Shown here piece by piece: positions 17,229-27,293 of a DNA stretch of 64,000 nucleotides (position 1 is its first letter; every line of letters starts with the position of its first letter). Origin of the DNA: [Eubacterium] saphenum. GTDB taxonomy: Bacteria > Bacillota > Clostridia > Lachnospirales > Anaerotignaceae. The notes beneath the pieces are model-generated. The model was not told the origin of the DNA. It saw only the letters and a program-made list of their open reading frames with translations, and ran no database searches. The translations under genes were made by a program, and so were the position numbers. The stretch covers positions 162 to 64,161 of the forward strand of contig SFGI01000013.1 of NCBI GenBank assembly GCA_004557645.1. The letters are read 5' to 3'.

Positions 17229-18659
17229 TTATTTTTCTTTTTCCATCACATATTGACCAAAGCCCATCTCCGCCCCTTCCAGAAGAATGGTGCCGCCGCT
17301 TTTTTCTTCCAATGCCTTTGCCCACGTGCCATCCTGCCCCCCAAAGGCAGCCAGCAGCCTGGGGTCGGCCTTCACCGTCAGCTTATGATAGATGGTATGG
17401 GCGAAAACGCTCTCCGCTTCTCTGCGCATCTTCGTTACTGTCCATTCGATGGAGGGCAGCCGCCCCGTCCCCTCGCAGGCACGGCATTTTGTGGTCATCT
17501 GCCGTTTCAGGGAGGGTCTGGTTTTCTTTCTTGTCACCTGCATCAGCCCCAACTCCGTCATGCCCACCACCACAGTCTTGATGCGGTCCTTTTTCACCGC
17601 CGCTTCCAGCCTGCGGGTCACTTCCTTCTGGGCCTCCGGGTCTGCCATATCGATGAAATCGATGATGATGATGCCGGAAAGATTCCTGAGACGCATCTGC
17701 TTTGCCGCTTCCTCCGCCGCTTCCAGATTGGTTTTCAGGATGGTTTTCTGCAGATCGCCTTTGCCAGCCGCTTTTCCCGTATTCACATCGATGACAACAC
17801 AGGCTTCCGTTTCCTCGATGACAAGGAAACCGCCGCTTTTCAGCCAAACGTGCTCATCCAGCGCCTTTTCGCTTTGGCTTTCCAGATAATAGGCTTCGAA
17901 GAGGGGCAGTTTCTCTTCATGGAGCTTCAGGGCAGGCTGGTTTTCCCCATTGAAATCCCCCGTCTGCAGCAATTCTTCATAGGCTCCTTCCTCGTTCACC
18001 ACATATTCATCCACATCGGCACTGTAAAAATCCCGTGCCGCCCGCTTTACGGGGTGGTTTTCCTGCAGCAGCAGGGCAGGTGGCTTCAGATACATACCGT
18101 GGCGCAGCTTTTCCCATTTTGCTGTCAGGGCTTGCAGTTCCTTTTCAAAATCCTCCCGGCTTTTGCCTGCACCATTGGTGCGGACAATAGCTCCGCAGCC
18201 TTCCGGCAGCAGCTCTGCCACGATTGCACGGATACGGCTCCGTTCCCCGGAATCGGTGATCTTACGGGAAATGCCGATCTCCCCATCTTCTTTAGGCAGC
18301 AGCACAAGGAACTTGCCGGGAAAAGAAAAATTCCCCGTCAGCACGGCCCCTTTGCTGCCGACGGCATCCTTTTCCACCTGCAACAGCAGGGTATCACCGA
18401 CCTTGGGCTTGGCAATGTTTTTCCCTTCGTCGGAAACGGCACGGGCATTTCCGTAATAATAATAGCCGTTTTTCCCCACGCCAATATCCACAAAGGCCGC
18501 CTGCAGATTGGGCATCACATTTGCCACACGGCCTGCGTAAATATTCCCAACGAGACTTTCCTCCCGTTTGCTTTCATAATACAATTCTTTCAATTCGCCG
18601 TCCTCTGCCAGGGCAATACGGGTCAGGTCGGCGGAAATATCCATCAAAACTCGTTTCAA
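17229..18659 (-). CDS. rng: Rne/Rng family ribonuclease (RNase G-like)
   Basis: N-terminal S1 domain (VGNIYAGRVANVMPNLQAAFVDIG), then the RNase E/G catalytic core (IIIDFIDM...). Confidence 0.9.
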   Translation of the reverse strand: MKRVLMDISADLTRIALAEDGELKELYYESKREESLVGNIYAGRVANVMPNLQAAFVDIGVGKNGYYYYGNARAVSDEGKNIAKPKVGDTLLLQVEKDAVGSKGAVLTGNFSFPGKFLVLLPKEDGEIGISRKITDSGERSRIRAIVAELLPEGCGAIVRTNGAGKSREDFEKELQALTAKWEKLRHGMYLKPPALLLQENHPVKRAARDFYSADVDEYVVNEEGAYEELLQTGDFNGENQPALKLHEEKLPLFEAYYLESQSEKALDEHVWLKSGGFLVIEETEACVVIDVNTGKAAGKGDLQKTILKTNLEAAEEAAKQMRLRNLSGIIIIDFIDMADPEAQKEVTRRLEAAVKKDRIKTVVVGMTELGLMQVTRKKTRPSLKRQMTTKCRACEGTGRLPSIEWTVTKMRREAESVFAHTIYHKLTVKADPRLLAAFGGQDGTWAKALEEKSGGTILLEGAEMGFGQYVMEKEK

Positions 18660-18723
18660 AGTGCATCCCTCGCTTTTCTGTTTTTATCATAACCGAAAAA
18701 GACGAGTTTTGCATCACTTTCTT

Positions 18724-19202
18724 TTACAACACGTTTCCCCTGGCTTGAAACTCTGCTTTTACACCGTCCGTCCAGCCCAAAGTGATAAAGTCCATGGGGT
18801 CAAGCAATTCTCCCTCTTTATAAATACCATAGTGCAGATGGGGCCCCGTGGAAAGGCCTGTGTTCCCCGATTTTGCCACCACCTGTCCCTGCTTCACCTT
18901 TTCCCCCTTTTTCACAAGGACTTCCGAAAGATGGGCATACATGACTTCATATCCATCGGTCGTTTCAAATTTCAGCAGTTTGCCGTAGGTGGCAGAAGTC
19001 CGCACCTCTGTGACGGTTCCGCTTTTCACCGCCAATACATCCGTCCCCTCCGCCACGGCAATATCCAGCCCATCGTGGAGCTCTTCCTTATGTAAGATCG
19101 GGTTTTCCCGTGTGCCGCAGGAAGAAGTGATGATGCCCTGCACCGGGTCGATCCAATCCTCTCTTTTCTTTTCCCAGCGCAGCCCCTTCCATGTCAGCAC
19201 AC
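18724..19202 (-). CDS. M23 (LytM) metallopeptidase catalytic domain. The start is ambiguous, and this may be the 3' part of a frame-shifted gene.
   Basis: HxxxD (HDGLDIA) and HxH (HLHYGIY) motifs. Candidate starts are GTG 19202 (overlapping the upstream stop as TAGTG) and ATG 19293 (92-nt overlap). Confidence 0.7.
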
Positions 19203-19573
19203 TAGGGAGATGCTTCCCCGTCGGGCTGATAGACCTTCTTTTCTTCCTGCTGGATTTCTTTTTCCTCAAAAGCAGGCAGGCTTTCTCCTGCACCTTTCAG
19301 AAGTGCCGCCGCCCGTTCCTTCCAAACATCCACTTCCTCCGCAGGGATCTGGTAAGCAATGACCTGCTTCACCCTAGCGCAGACCATTTCCGATGTCTCT
19401 GTCTGAAATAAGGAGATCAGCAGGCATCCCCCTACCAGAACCGACGCTACATAAAGACGAAAGACCAGCAGACCGCCCTTCTGTTTTTCTTTTCCCCGCA
19501 TCGTTTGCCGCGCCCGCATCCGCCGCTCCATTTCCCGTCTGCGCCGGCGCCGTTCCTGTTCTGTCATTTCCAT
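19202..19573 (-). CDS. Arg-rich N-terminal tail plus single-TM protein. This is probably the N-terminal anchor of the M23 peptidase.
   Basis: ERRRRRREMERRMRAR, followed by the TM segment LLVFRLYVASVLVGGCLLISLF and an acidic linker. It ends in a different frame from the downstream M23 domain. Confidence 0.6.
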   Translation of the reverse strand: MEMTEQERRRRRREMERRMRARQTMRGKEKQKGGLLVFRLYVASVLVGGCLLISLFQTETSEMVCARVKQVIAYQIPAEEVDVWKERAAALLKGAGESLPAFEEKEIQQEEKKVYQPDGEASP

Positions 19574-19655
19574 CCCTCCTTCCTTTCACCTTATGTCCAA
19601 ACAGGATGAGATATACTTTTCCACGCAAAAAAGCCCCTGCAATCAGGGGCCTTTC

Positions 19656-20072
19656 TCATTTCTTCGCCTGTTCTAGCCCTTCTGCAATGGCATTCAAAAC
19701 CAGCTGGGCGGAATGGGCATTTTCCGGGTCCACTTCAATGGTGAGAGATTGGGTCGCCACCACTTCACGGCCCACTTCCTCTGCCGCCGTTTCCAGCAGG
19801 GGGTAGAAAGCGGCTACTGCTTCCCCGGGGTCCTCCATGAAAATAGCGGCGATCTCGCCATCCTCCACCGTTACGGCAATCTCCGCCGTTTCCTGCCCCA
19901 CGTTCATCTCCCCGTAATATGTACCATCCCGATAGATCCCCGTGTCCTCATCCTTCCCCATATTCAGGAAAAAGGTGATGAGCCCAACGATGATGATGAC
20001 ACCCAGCACGGCAAACACCGCCGTTTTCACCAGTTCCTTTGCCTTTACCACCACAAATTTCGTGCTGCCCAC
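19656..20072 (-). CDS. Membrane-anchored FMN_bind-like domain protein (degenerate)
   Basis: TM helix, then YRDGTYYGE...AEIAVTVEDGEIAAI, as in FMN-binding domains. I do not see the S-G-A-T flavinylation motif. Confidence 0.4.
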   Translation of the reverse strand: MGSTKFVVVKAKELVKTAVFAVLGVIIIVGLITFFLNMGKDEDTGIYRDGTYYGEMNVGQETAEIAVTVEDGEIAAIFMEDPGEAVAAFYPLLETAAEEVGREVVATQSLTIEVDPENAHSAQLVLNAIAEGLEQAKK

Positions 20073-20204
20073 GCATACCCCTCCTCAAAAATCTCTTACC
20101 CTTACCATATTCTGTTTTTCCTTCTTTTATGCAGGCGTTCGCCTTGAAAAAAAACACCGCTTTGAGTATCATAGAAGAAACGAACGAGAAAGAAGGGAAC
20201 AGAT

Positions 20205-23200
20205 ATGGGACTGCGTTTCATCATCGGCAGGGCTGGCACAGGAAAAACCACTCTTTGCATGGAAGAGATCATCAAACAATCGAATACAGGAGAAAAACGG
20301 CAGGTACTCATCGTTCCCGAACAATTCACCTCTCAGGCAGAGCGAGACCTGATCCAGAAAACGGGGCAGAATGCCATCCTGACGGCGGAAGTCCTCAGCT
20401 TTGGCCGTTTGGCCCATCGGGTCTTTTCCAAAAAGGGCATCGGCAGCCGTGTCCCTCTGGGGGATGTGGGCAAGTCTATGGCTCTGCGGAAGATTTTATT
20501 GGAGGAAAAAGAACAGATCTCCTATTTTCAGAGCGTCATGGATAAGCCCGGCTTTGTAGACCAGCTGGGGCTGACGATCTCCGAATTTTTCCAATACCGC
20601 ATTTCTCCGGAACAGACAGAAGCCCTTGCACAGGCAGAAACCCTTTCCCACGGGGCAAAGGAAAAGCTGAAGGATATGACCCATATCTACCGTTCCTATC
20701 TGGAATTTTTGAAACAGGAATATATTTCCGCCGACGAAACCCTCGGCCTTCTGGCGGAACGGCTGGATGACAGCTTGGGCTTTGGAAATACGGAATTTTG
20801 GCTGGATGGCTTCTATGGCTTCACCCCTCAGGAATACAGTGTCATCCGCCGTCTGCTGCTTCTTTCCTCCCAGGTGAATATCACCCTACCTATGGATAGA
20901 AACAGCTTCTACGGGGCATTTCTGCCTCCTTCCGCCCCCTTCTATGAGCCTTATGTGACAAAGAAAAAGCTTTCCGCCTTGGCAGAGGAATTGGGTCTGC
21001 CTGCCGTTCCTCCTGCGATTTTGGAAAAAAATCACCGTGCCGAAACGGATGCCCTCCGCAATTTGGAACGGGACTATTTTTATAGCTTTTTCAAAAAAAC
21101 TTCTCTTTCGGAAAGCGTCCATATCACCGCCTGCCCTTCTCTGCAGGAAGAAATCCGCTTCGCCGCAGGGAAGATTCTGCGCCTGGTGCGGGAAGAAAAT
21201 GTCCGCTTTCGGGACATTGCCATGGTGACCAACGCTATGGAAACCTACGAAAAAAATCTGCGGGGCATTTTGGAGGAATATCATATCCCCTGCTTCATTG
21301 ATGCCCGTCGGGAAACAGCTTCGCACCCTCTGGTGACCCTGCTGACGGCTTTATTGGATATCCTCGTTTACGATTTCCGCTATGAAGCCATGTTTTCTTA
21401 TCTGAAATCGGGACTGACCTCTCTAACAACAGAAGAAATCGATATTCTGGAAAATTACGTCCTCGCCTACGGCATCAAGGGCTATAAATGGAAACAAGAT
21501 ACTTGGGACTATGGCATTCTCAAGGAAGGGGCAGAAGCCGTGGATGCCATCAACGCCCTGCGGGAACGGGTCATGGCGCCCTTTGCTCCCCTTCTTGCCC
21601 TGCCCCAGAAGAAGCCCTTCCCCTTCCGAGACTTTCTCAATGCCCTCCTCACCCATTTGGATGCCCTGCAGGCGGCAGAAACCCTGGATACTTGGGCGCA
21701 GGAAGCGGCAGAAAGCGGCAACCTGAACAAAGCCGAGGAATATCGCCAGATCTGGCAGTTGGTGATGGATGTGTTTGAAAAAGCCCATGCCATTTTAGGC
21801 AAAGAAGAGATGACCCTTTCGGAAATGGCAAAGATTTTGGAAGCAGGCTTGGAAAAATGCACCATGGGGGTCATTCCCCCTACGGCGGATTGCCTGCTCA
21901 TCGGCGATATCGAGCGCAGCCGTCTGCCTGAAATCAAATATCTTTTCGTTCTAGGCGTCAATGAAGGCGTACTGCCCTCCCCCGCAACGGCCCAGGGCAT
22001 TTTCACAGAAACGGAACGAGACCTCTTGACCGCCCAAGGCATAGAGCTTGCCAATGGGGGCAAGCAAAAAATCTTCGAGGAGCAATTCCTCATCTATCGG
22101 GGATTGACAAAGCCCTCCAAAGGGCTGTGGCTGACCTATGCCGCCTGCGACAGCGAAGGGCGGGACTCTGCCCCTTCCTCCCTCATCGAGAATCTGCAGC
22201 GGATGGACGAAAGCCTGCAAATCGAAGCCATGCCTGCCTTTACTTTGGAAGAAACCTCTCCCGAAGCTGCCTTCCATCTTTTGGGCGGAGAAATGCGAAA
22301 GCATACGGAAGAAACACCCATCTCTCCCCTTTGGCAGGATATCTACAGCTTCTTCGATGAAAATACGGCGTGGCAGCATCGCCTTGCCCTGCTGAAAAAA
22401 GGCATCGGTAAGAGCGGTAAGGCAGAGCGTCTCTCTCCCAAGACCACAAAGGCCCTCTACAGCAAAAACATCCTTTCTAGCGTTTCCCGTCTGGAACGCT
22501 TTGCCGGCTGCCCTTTTTCCTTCTTTGCGGAATATGGGCTAAAGGCGGAGGAACGCCGCTTATATCAGCTCCACACCCCCGACTTGGGTTCTCTGTTCCA
22601 TGAAGTGCTGGAGCTGTTCTCTAATCGGCTGGAAGCGGACAGCATCCCTTGGACAGACCTGACCAAAGAAAAAACAGAAGCCCTCATTCATCAGGCCGTA
22701 GATGATGCCGCTCCCCGTCTCAGCGACCGGGTACTGCTGGATTCGGCGGCAAATCAATATCTCATCCGCCGCCTGAAGCGTATCTCCACCAGAGCCGCTT
22801 GGACATTGGTGCAGCATTTGCAGCAAGGGGATTTCACCCCGGCAGGCTATGAAGTGGGCTTTGGCTTGCATGAAGCCCTCCCCCCTATCGTCATCCAAAT
22901 GAAGGATGGCGGCAGCCTGATTTTAAACGGCAAAATCGACCGAGTGGATCTGCTGGATGCAGAAGGCACACGATATGTTAAGATCATCGATTATAAATCT
23001 GGCAATAAGACCTTCAGCTTTCAGGATATCTATTACGGCTTGCAGTTACAGCTTCTCATCTATCTGGACGCTTATCTGAAATATTATCAAAAGACGGGCG
23101 CAGCATTGAAGCCCGGCGGAGTATTCTATTTCCGCATCACCGACCCTACCCTCTCTCTGGAAAAAGAGCTTTCCGCAGAGGAGATCGAGCGGACGCTTTA

Positions 23201-23600
23201 TGAAAAAATGCAGATGTCCGGGCTGCTTTTACAGGAGGATGCCCTCATCCAAGGGCTGGACAACAACCTGACAGCAGGCGGAACCTCGGCTGTGGTCCCT
23301 GTGGGGTATACAAAAAAAGGGGATATTTCCGCCTCCTCCAATCTGGCAACAGAAGAACAGTACAAGGCCATTTTGGATTTCGTGGCAGAGCGCACCAGAG
23401 AACTGGGCGAAGCCATGAAAGAAGGCATTATCGCCCCTGCTCCCTTCCGAGATGGGCAGCGGACACCCTGCAGCTATTGCAAATTCCGCTCCATCTGCCG
23501 CCATGATTATGAAGAAAAACCCAAATGGCGCAATCTGAAAAAAATCAGCAAAAAGGATTTCTGGGAAACCCTACTGCCCCCAGAAACGCCTGAAATATAA
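20205..23600 (+). CDS. addB: Helicase-exonuclease AddAB subunit AddB (RexB)
   Basis: MGLRFIIGRAGTGKTT Walker A at the N-terminus, 1131 aa. C-terminal RecB-type nuclease with an Fe-S Cys cluster (CSYCKFRSIC). Confidence 0.92.
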   Translation: MGLRFIIGRAGTGKTTLCMEEIIKQSNTGEKRQVLIVPEQFTSQAERDLIQKTGQNAILTAEVLSFGRLAHRVFSKKGIGSRVPLGDVGKSMALRKILLEEKEQISYFQSVMDKPGFVDQLGLTISEFFQYRISPEQTEALAQAETLSHGAKEKLKDMTHIYRSYLEFLKQEYISADETLGLLAERLDDSLGFGNTEFWLDGFYGFTPQEYSVIRRLLLLSSQVNITLPMDRNSFYGAFLPPSAPFYEPYVTKKKLSALAEELGLPAVPPAILEKNHRAETDALRNLERDYFYSFFKKTSLSESVHITACPSLQEEIRFAAGKILRLVREENVRFRDIAMVTNAMETYEKNLRGILEEYHIPCFIDARRETASHPLVTLLTALLDILVYDFRYEAMFSYLKSGLTSLTTEEIDILENYVLAYGIKGYKWKQDTWDYGILKEGAEAVDAINALRERVMAPFAPLLALPQKKPFPFRDFLNALLTHLDALQAAETLDTWAQEAAESGNLNKAEEYRQIWQLVMDVFEKAHAILGKEEMTLSEMAKILEAGLEKCTMGVIPPTADCLLIGDIERSRLPEIKYLFVLGVNEGVLPSPATAQGIFTETERDLLTAQGIELANGGKQKIFEEQFLIYRGLTKPSKGLWLTYAACDSEGRDSAPSSLIENLQRMDESLQIEAMPAFTLEETSPEAAFHLLGGEMRKHTEETPISPLWQDIYSFFDENTAWQHRLALLKKGIGKSGKAERLSPKTTKALYSKNILSSVSRLERFAGCPFSFFAEYGLKAEERRLYQLHTPDLGSLFHEVLELFSNRLEADSIPWTDLTKEKTEALIHQAVDDAAPRLSDRVLLDSAANQYLIRRLKRISTRAAWTLVQHLQQGDFTPAGYEVGFGLHEALPPIVIQMKDGGSLILNGKIDRVDLLDAEGTRYVKIIDYKSGNKTFSFQDIYYGLQLQLLIYLDAYLKYYQKTGAALKPGGVFYFRITDPTLSLEKELSAEEIERTLYEKMQMSGLLLQEDALIQGLDNNLTAGGTSAVVPVGYTKKGDISASSNLATEEQYKAILDFVAERTRELGEAMKEGIIAPAPFRDGQRTPCSYCKFRSICRHDYEEKPKWRNLKKISKKDFWETLLPPETPEI

Positions 23601-23696
23601 ATTTGAACAAAAACCTAAGAAAGGAGGTCTGATGATATGGAAAACAAAAACACAACAGAGGCACGGAGGTTCGCTCCGTGAGAATAGGAGAACTTT

Positions 23697-24395
23697 ATGA
23701 ATATCAATAAAATCAAGATCGACCATATCCCCGCCCTCCTTTATGGCGAAAAAAGCGAGAAACTTATCCTTGCTGTCCATGGCAGCCATTCCTCCAAAAT
23801 CGATGACTGTATCTGGGTTTTGGCAGAAGAAGCCACCAAGAAAGGCTACCAAGTCCTTTCCTTCGACCTGCCTCGGCACGGGGAACGGGTCTATGAAGAA
23901 ACCCCCTGTATGGTGCAGGAATGTGTCAAGGAATTGAGAACGATCCTGCAATATGCAAAAGGCTTGGCAAAGCAGATCTCTTTATTCGGCTGCAGCATGG
24001 GTGCCTATTTCAGCCTACTGGCCTTTGGGGAAGAACCCATAGAAAAAGTGTGGTTCCTTTCCCCTGTTACGGGTATGGAACGCATCATTCATAACATCAT
24101 GGGATATTGCGGCATCACGGAAAAGGAATTTGAAGCCATGGGCACTGTGGAAAACCCCATAGAAACCCTCTATTGGGACGATTATCAATATGTAAAAGCC
24201 CATTCCATCCAGAAATGGAATCATCCCACCTGCATCCTGCGGGGCGAAACAGATACCCTTAGCGAAAAGGATTGCGTATCCGCTTTCGCAGAACGTTTCA
24301 GCTGTGCATTAGAGGAACAGCCTGGCGGGGAGCATTGGTTCCACACAAAAGAGCAGCTAGAGTATTTCAGAAACTGGCTGAAAAAGCGATTATAA
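23697..24395 (+). CDS. Alpha/beta hydrolase
   Basis: Nucleophile elbow GCSMG. About 230 aa with the HG...S...D...H layout. Confidence 0.8.
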   Translation: MNINKIKIDHIPALLYGEKSEKLILAVHGSHSSKIDDCIWVLAEEATKKGYQVLSFDLPRHGERVYEETPCMVQECVKELRTILQYAKGLAKQISLFGCSMGAYFSLLAFGEEPIEKVWFLSPVTGMERIIHNIMGYCGITEKEFEAMGTVENPIETLYWDDYQYVKAHSIQKWNHPTCILRGETDTLSEKDCVSAFAERFSCALEEQPGGEHWFHTKEQLEYFRNWLKKRL

Positions 24396-24400
24396 AACAA

Positions 24401-24446
24401 AAAATCCCGTCCCCAAGGATTTTCTCCCAAGGGACGGTTTTTCTTT
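24401..24446. terminator. Bidirectional terminator (hydrolase gene / DUF975 gene)
   Basis: CCGTCCC (24407-24413) pairs with GGGACGG (24431-24437). T-runs are present on both strands. Confidence 0.7.
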
Positions 24447-24460
24447 GCGTATAAGTATTT

Positions 24461-25255
24461 TTAAATTACACCTGTATTCTCAGACATATCTGCTGCAGTC
24501 TTTTCATCTGCCCCATCAGACGGCATCCCCGCCAATGGCGCGGTGATATCCCGATAAAATGCCGCCGTAGCCGCCTGCATATAAGGTGTCAACCAAAGGT
24601 TCCCAATGCCCATCGTAAGCATACACAGGAAGCCCCAGCCGATGAAGCTGATCTGCAGGCAGAATAACCGCCATTTATTCCCCATCATCAGTTCCTTGGA
24701 ACGGTCGATGGCTTCACCGGCGCTCATTTCCGGGTTTTCTGCCAGAATATAGCTGGTCATGGCATAGCGATAAGAGGCAATAATCCCCGGGATGATGAAC
24801 AGCAGCGCCCAAAGGACAATATACAACCCCTGCAAGAAGCCTGCCACCAGCATGGTCTTCCACTGGGGAAAATAACGGAACAATGTCTGCACCGTTCCTT
24901 CTTCTCCATCCACCATATCCAGATTAAAACGGGCATAGCCCACTGTTACGATACAGCCCAAAACAAACTGTACAATGGCAATGAGGATTGCCACCACAGA
25001 AAAATACATCAGGGCAACCCCCCAAAGGGCACCGGGGCTGTCGCTCTGCAAAATTTGCATCAAATCAACATTCTGCCCGAAAATATCCATCTGTGCCCGA
25101 ATACTTCCGGCATCGAAATGAAAATTGATCTCCGGCGTCCCTTCCCATGCGACCCCGCCCAGCAGCAGTGCCACAAAGCCTGCCAATACGGCAATTTTCC
25201 ATTTTCCTCTCAGGGATTCTCTGGCGATCCGCCTAAAATCCGCTGCACATTTCAT
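24461..25255 (-). CDS. DUF975 family membrane protein
   Basis: MKCAADFRRIARESLRGKWK... and the ...ASYRYAMTSYILAENPEMSAGEAIDRSKELMMGNKWRLF pattern typical of DUF975. Confidence 0.8.
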   Translation of the reverse strand: MKCAADFRRIARESLRGKWKIAVLAGFVALLLGGVAWEGTPEINFHFDAGSIRAQMDIFGQNVDLMQILQSDSPGALWGVALMYFSVVAILIAIVQFVLGCIVTVGYARFNLDMVDGEEGTVQTLFRYFPQWKTMLVAGFLQGLYIVLWALLFIIPGIIASYRYAMTSYILAENPEMSAGEAIDRSKELMMGNKWRLFCLQISFIGWGFLCMLTMGIGNLWLTPYMQAATAAFYRDITAPLAGMPSDGADEKTAADMSENTGVI

Positions 25256-25439
25256 CCCAATTCCCCCTTTTCCAAAACTTTTATTCTTCTGTTTTATCAT
25301 AGCAGAGAGAATATTCCCGCGCAACCACTGCCCCCTATTCTTAAAAAAGTCTTAGTAATTTGAAAAAATCCCCATCCGCAGAAAAAGGTGCCGATTTTTT
25401 CGACACCCTTCCCCATCAGATTCTTTTATCATCCACTTT

Positions 25440-25910
25440 TTATGCATGCTCCTTACAGGAAAGTTCCTCCACTTCCAATTTAAAAGCAGCCACCACTTTC
25501 AGCATGTTTTCCTGATATTCCCACGCATCTTTGCCTGTCGCATGTTTCATCACAAGATTCAATGCCTGTTTTTTTTCTTCCATATCGTCGATCATGCTGA
25601 TGACACCATTGCCGATGACGCTCTGGAAACGATAGGAATAGTCACAGGCACTCTCCCCTTCATTCAGCTTATGATCGGTATCCATCTCAAAACCAACCTT
25701 TGGTGCTTTCCCGATCAGGTCGATCTTTCTGCCTTCCTTTGCACCATGGAAATAGAAGGTGAGTTTCCCGTTTTCCTCTGTATAACCAAAATTCAGAGGA
25801 ACGATATACACCTGACCTTCGTCACAGAAGCCTACACGGCAGCAATCGCAGCGGTCGATGATCTCCATGATCTGCTTAAAATCTGTTATTTCCCTGTCTT
25901 TTCTTCTCAC
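25440..25910 (-). CDS. Pyridoxamine 5'-phosphate oxidase-family flavoprotein (COG3467-like)
   Basis: MRRKDREITD...CRVGF...YIVPLNFGY...FYFHGAKEGRK pattern. Confidence 0.8.
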   Translation of the reverse strand: MRRKDREITDFKQIMEIIDRCDCCRVGFCDEGQVYIVPLNFGYTEENGKLTFYFHGAKEGRKIDLIGKAPKVGFEMDTDHKLNEGESACDYSYRFQSVIGNGVISMIDDMEEKKQALNLVMKHATGKDAWEYQENMLKVVAAFKLEVEELSCKEHA

Positions 25911-25922
25911 AGAATCAGCTCC

Positions 25923-26192
25923 TTAGAATTTTTCCCAATACTGCTTCACACTGCCTTCGATGATGGCATCCATATAGGAATCCGCCATTTCGAAAATTTC
26001 TTCTTCATCCTTGATCTTCAGGGAAACGCCGCCCTTATCCACGACGATATCTTTCTTTTTCCCCTTATTTTTTTCCACCCATTCCTTGAATTCCTTTTCC
26101 CATCTTGCGGCAGTCTGTTCCGCATCCTCATAGCAAAGGAGTTCGTCTCTTACGTTTTCGATGACTTCCTGTATTTTCAGCTTCATGCTCAT
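25923..26192 (-). CDS. Hypothetical protein (89 aa, K/E-rich)
   Basis: ATG 26192 follows AAAGGAGA. Lies between ruvB and the PNPOx-like gene. Confidence 0.55.
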   Translation of the reverse strand: MSMKLKIQEVIENVRDELLCYEDAEQTAARWEKEFKEWVEKNKGKKKDIVVDKGGVSLKIKDEEEIFEMADSYMDAIIEGSVKQYWEKF

Positions 26193-26217
26193 TTCTCCTT
26201 TCATGTCTCTGGCGAAA

Positions 26218-27231
26218 TCATACCTCCGGCGGGTGCATGCCAAAATGCTCATAGCCCAGCTTGGTCACGATGCGCCCTCTGGGTGTCCGCTGGATATAAC
26301 CCAACTGCAGCAGATAAGGCTCGTATACATCCTCAATGGTATCGGATTCTTCATTGATGGATGCCGCCAGGGTATCCAGCCCCACAGGTCTGCCGCCAAA
26401 TTTCTCGATCATGGTCAACAGCATTTTTCGGTCTGTCTGGTCTAAGCCCATCTTGTCCACATCCAGCAGATCCAGAGCAAATCGTGCTACTTCCCCCGTG
26501 ATGACACCATCATAACGCACCTGAGCAAAGTCACGGACCCGTTTCAGCATACGGTTTGCCAGTCTGGGTGTCCCTCTGGAGCGGCGGGCGATCTCTTCCG
26601 CACCGCTGTCGTCGATCTCCACCTGCAGCACCTCCGCAGAGCGCTTGATAATAATTTTTAGATTCTCCACATTATAAGGCTCCAGCCGCTGCACCACCCC
26701 GAATCTGTCCCGCAAAGGTGCCGTCAACAGACCAATTCTGGTTGTAGCGCCAATGAGGGTGAATTTCGGCAAGTCCAAACGCACAGAACGAGCCCCGGGC
26801 CCCTTGCCGATCATAATATCGATAACAAAATCCTCCATGGCGGGATACAATATTTCCTCGATCATACGGTTCAGTCTGTGAATTTCATCAATAAAGAGGA
26901 TATCCCCCTCATTCAGGCTGTTCAGCACCGCCGCCATATCCCCGGGACGCTCGATGGCAGGGCCCGATGTAGTCTTGATATTTACCCCCATCTCATGGGC
27001 GATGATATTGGATAGGGTGGTTTTCCCCAGCCCGGGAGGACCATACAAAAGCACATGATCCAAGGCTTCCTTCCGCTGCTTCGCCGCCTCGATGAACACC
27101 CGCATATTCTCTTTTACACTTTCCTGCCCGATGTATGTTTCCAACGTGGCAGGACGCAGTTTCGGCTCCAGTTCACGGTCTTCTTCCCGCAAACCGGTGG
27201 TCAAAATCCGTCTGTTTTCCAAATGAAACAC
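26218..27231 (-). CDS. ruvB: Holliday junction branch-migration helicase RuvB
   Basis: [12 protein letters not shown]..., [15 protein letters not shown]. Confidence 0.97.
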   Translation of the reverse strand: MFHLENRRILTTGLREEDRELEPKLRPATLETYIGQESVKENMRVFIEAAKQRKEALDHVLLYGPPGLGKTTLSNIIAHEMGVNIKTTSGPAIERPGDMAAVLNSLNEGDILFIDEIHRLNRMIEEILYPAMEDFVIDIMIGKGPGARSVRLDLPKFTLIGATTRIGLLTAPLRDRFGVVQRLEPYNVENLKIIIKRSAEVLQVEIDDSGAEEIARRSRGTPRLANRMLKRVRDFAQVRYDGVITGEVARFALDLLDVDKMGLDQTDRKMLLTMIEKFGGRPVGLDTLAASINEESDTIEDVYEPYLLQLGYIQRTPRGRIVTKLGYEHFGMHPPEV

Positions 27232-27293
27232 CTGCTTTTTTCTATGTTATCCGAAAAAGGAAATGCCAGCTTCGTTGTTGCTTCCTTTTTTGC

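Noticed and set aside
23632-23699. Short ORFs after addB interpreted as a remnant AddA N-terminus
   Set aside because: Neither frame (MIWKTKTQQRH… or MENKNTTEARRFAP) convincingly matches the W-T-x-E-Q-x-x-A-I start typical of AddA. This is kept only as a remark under the orphan addB finding.
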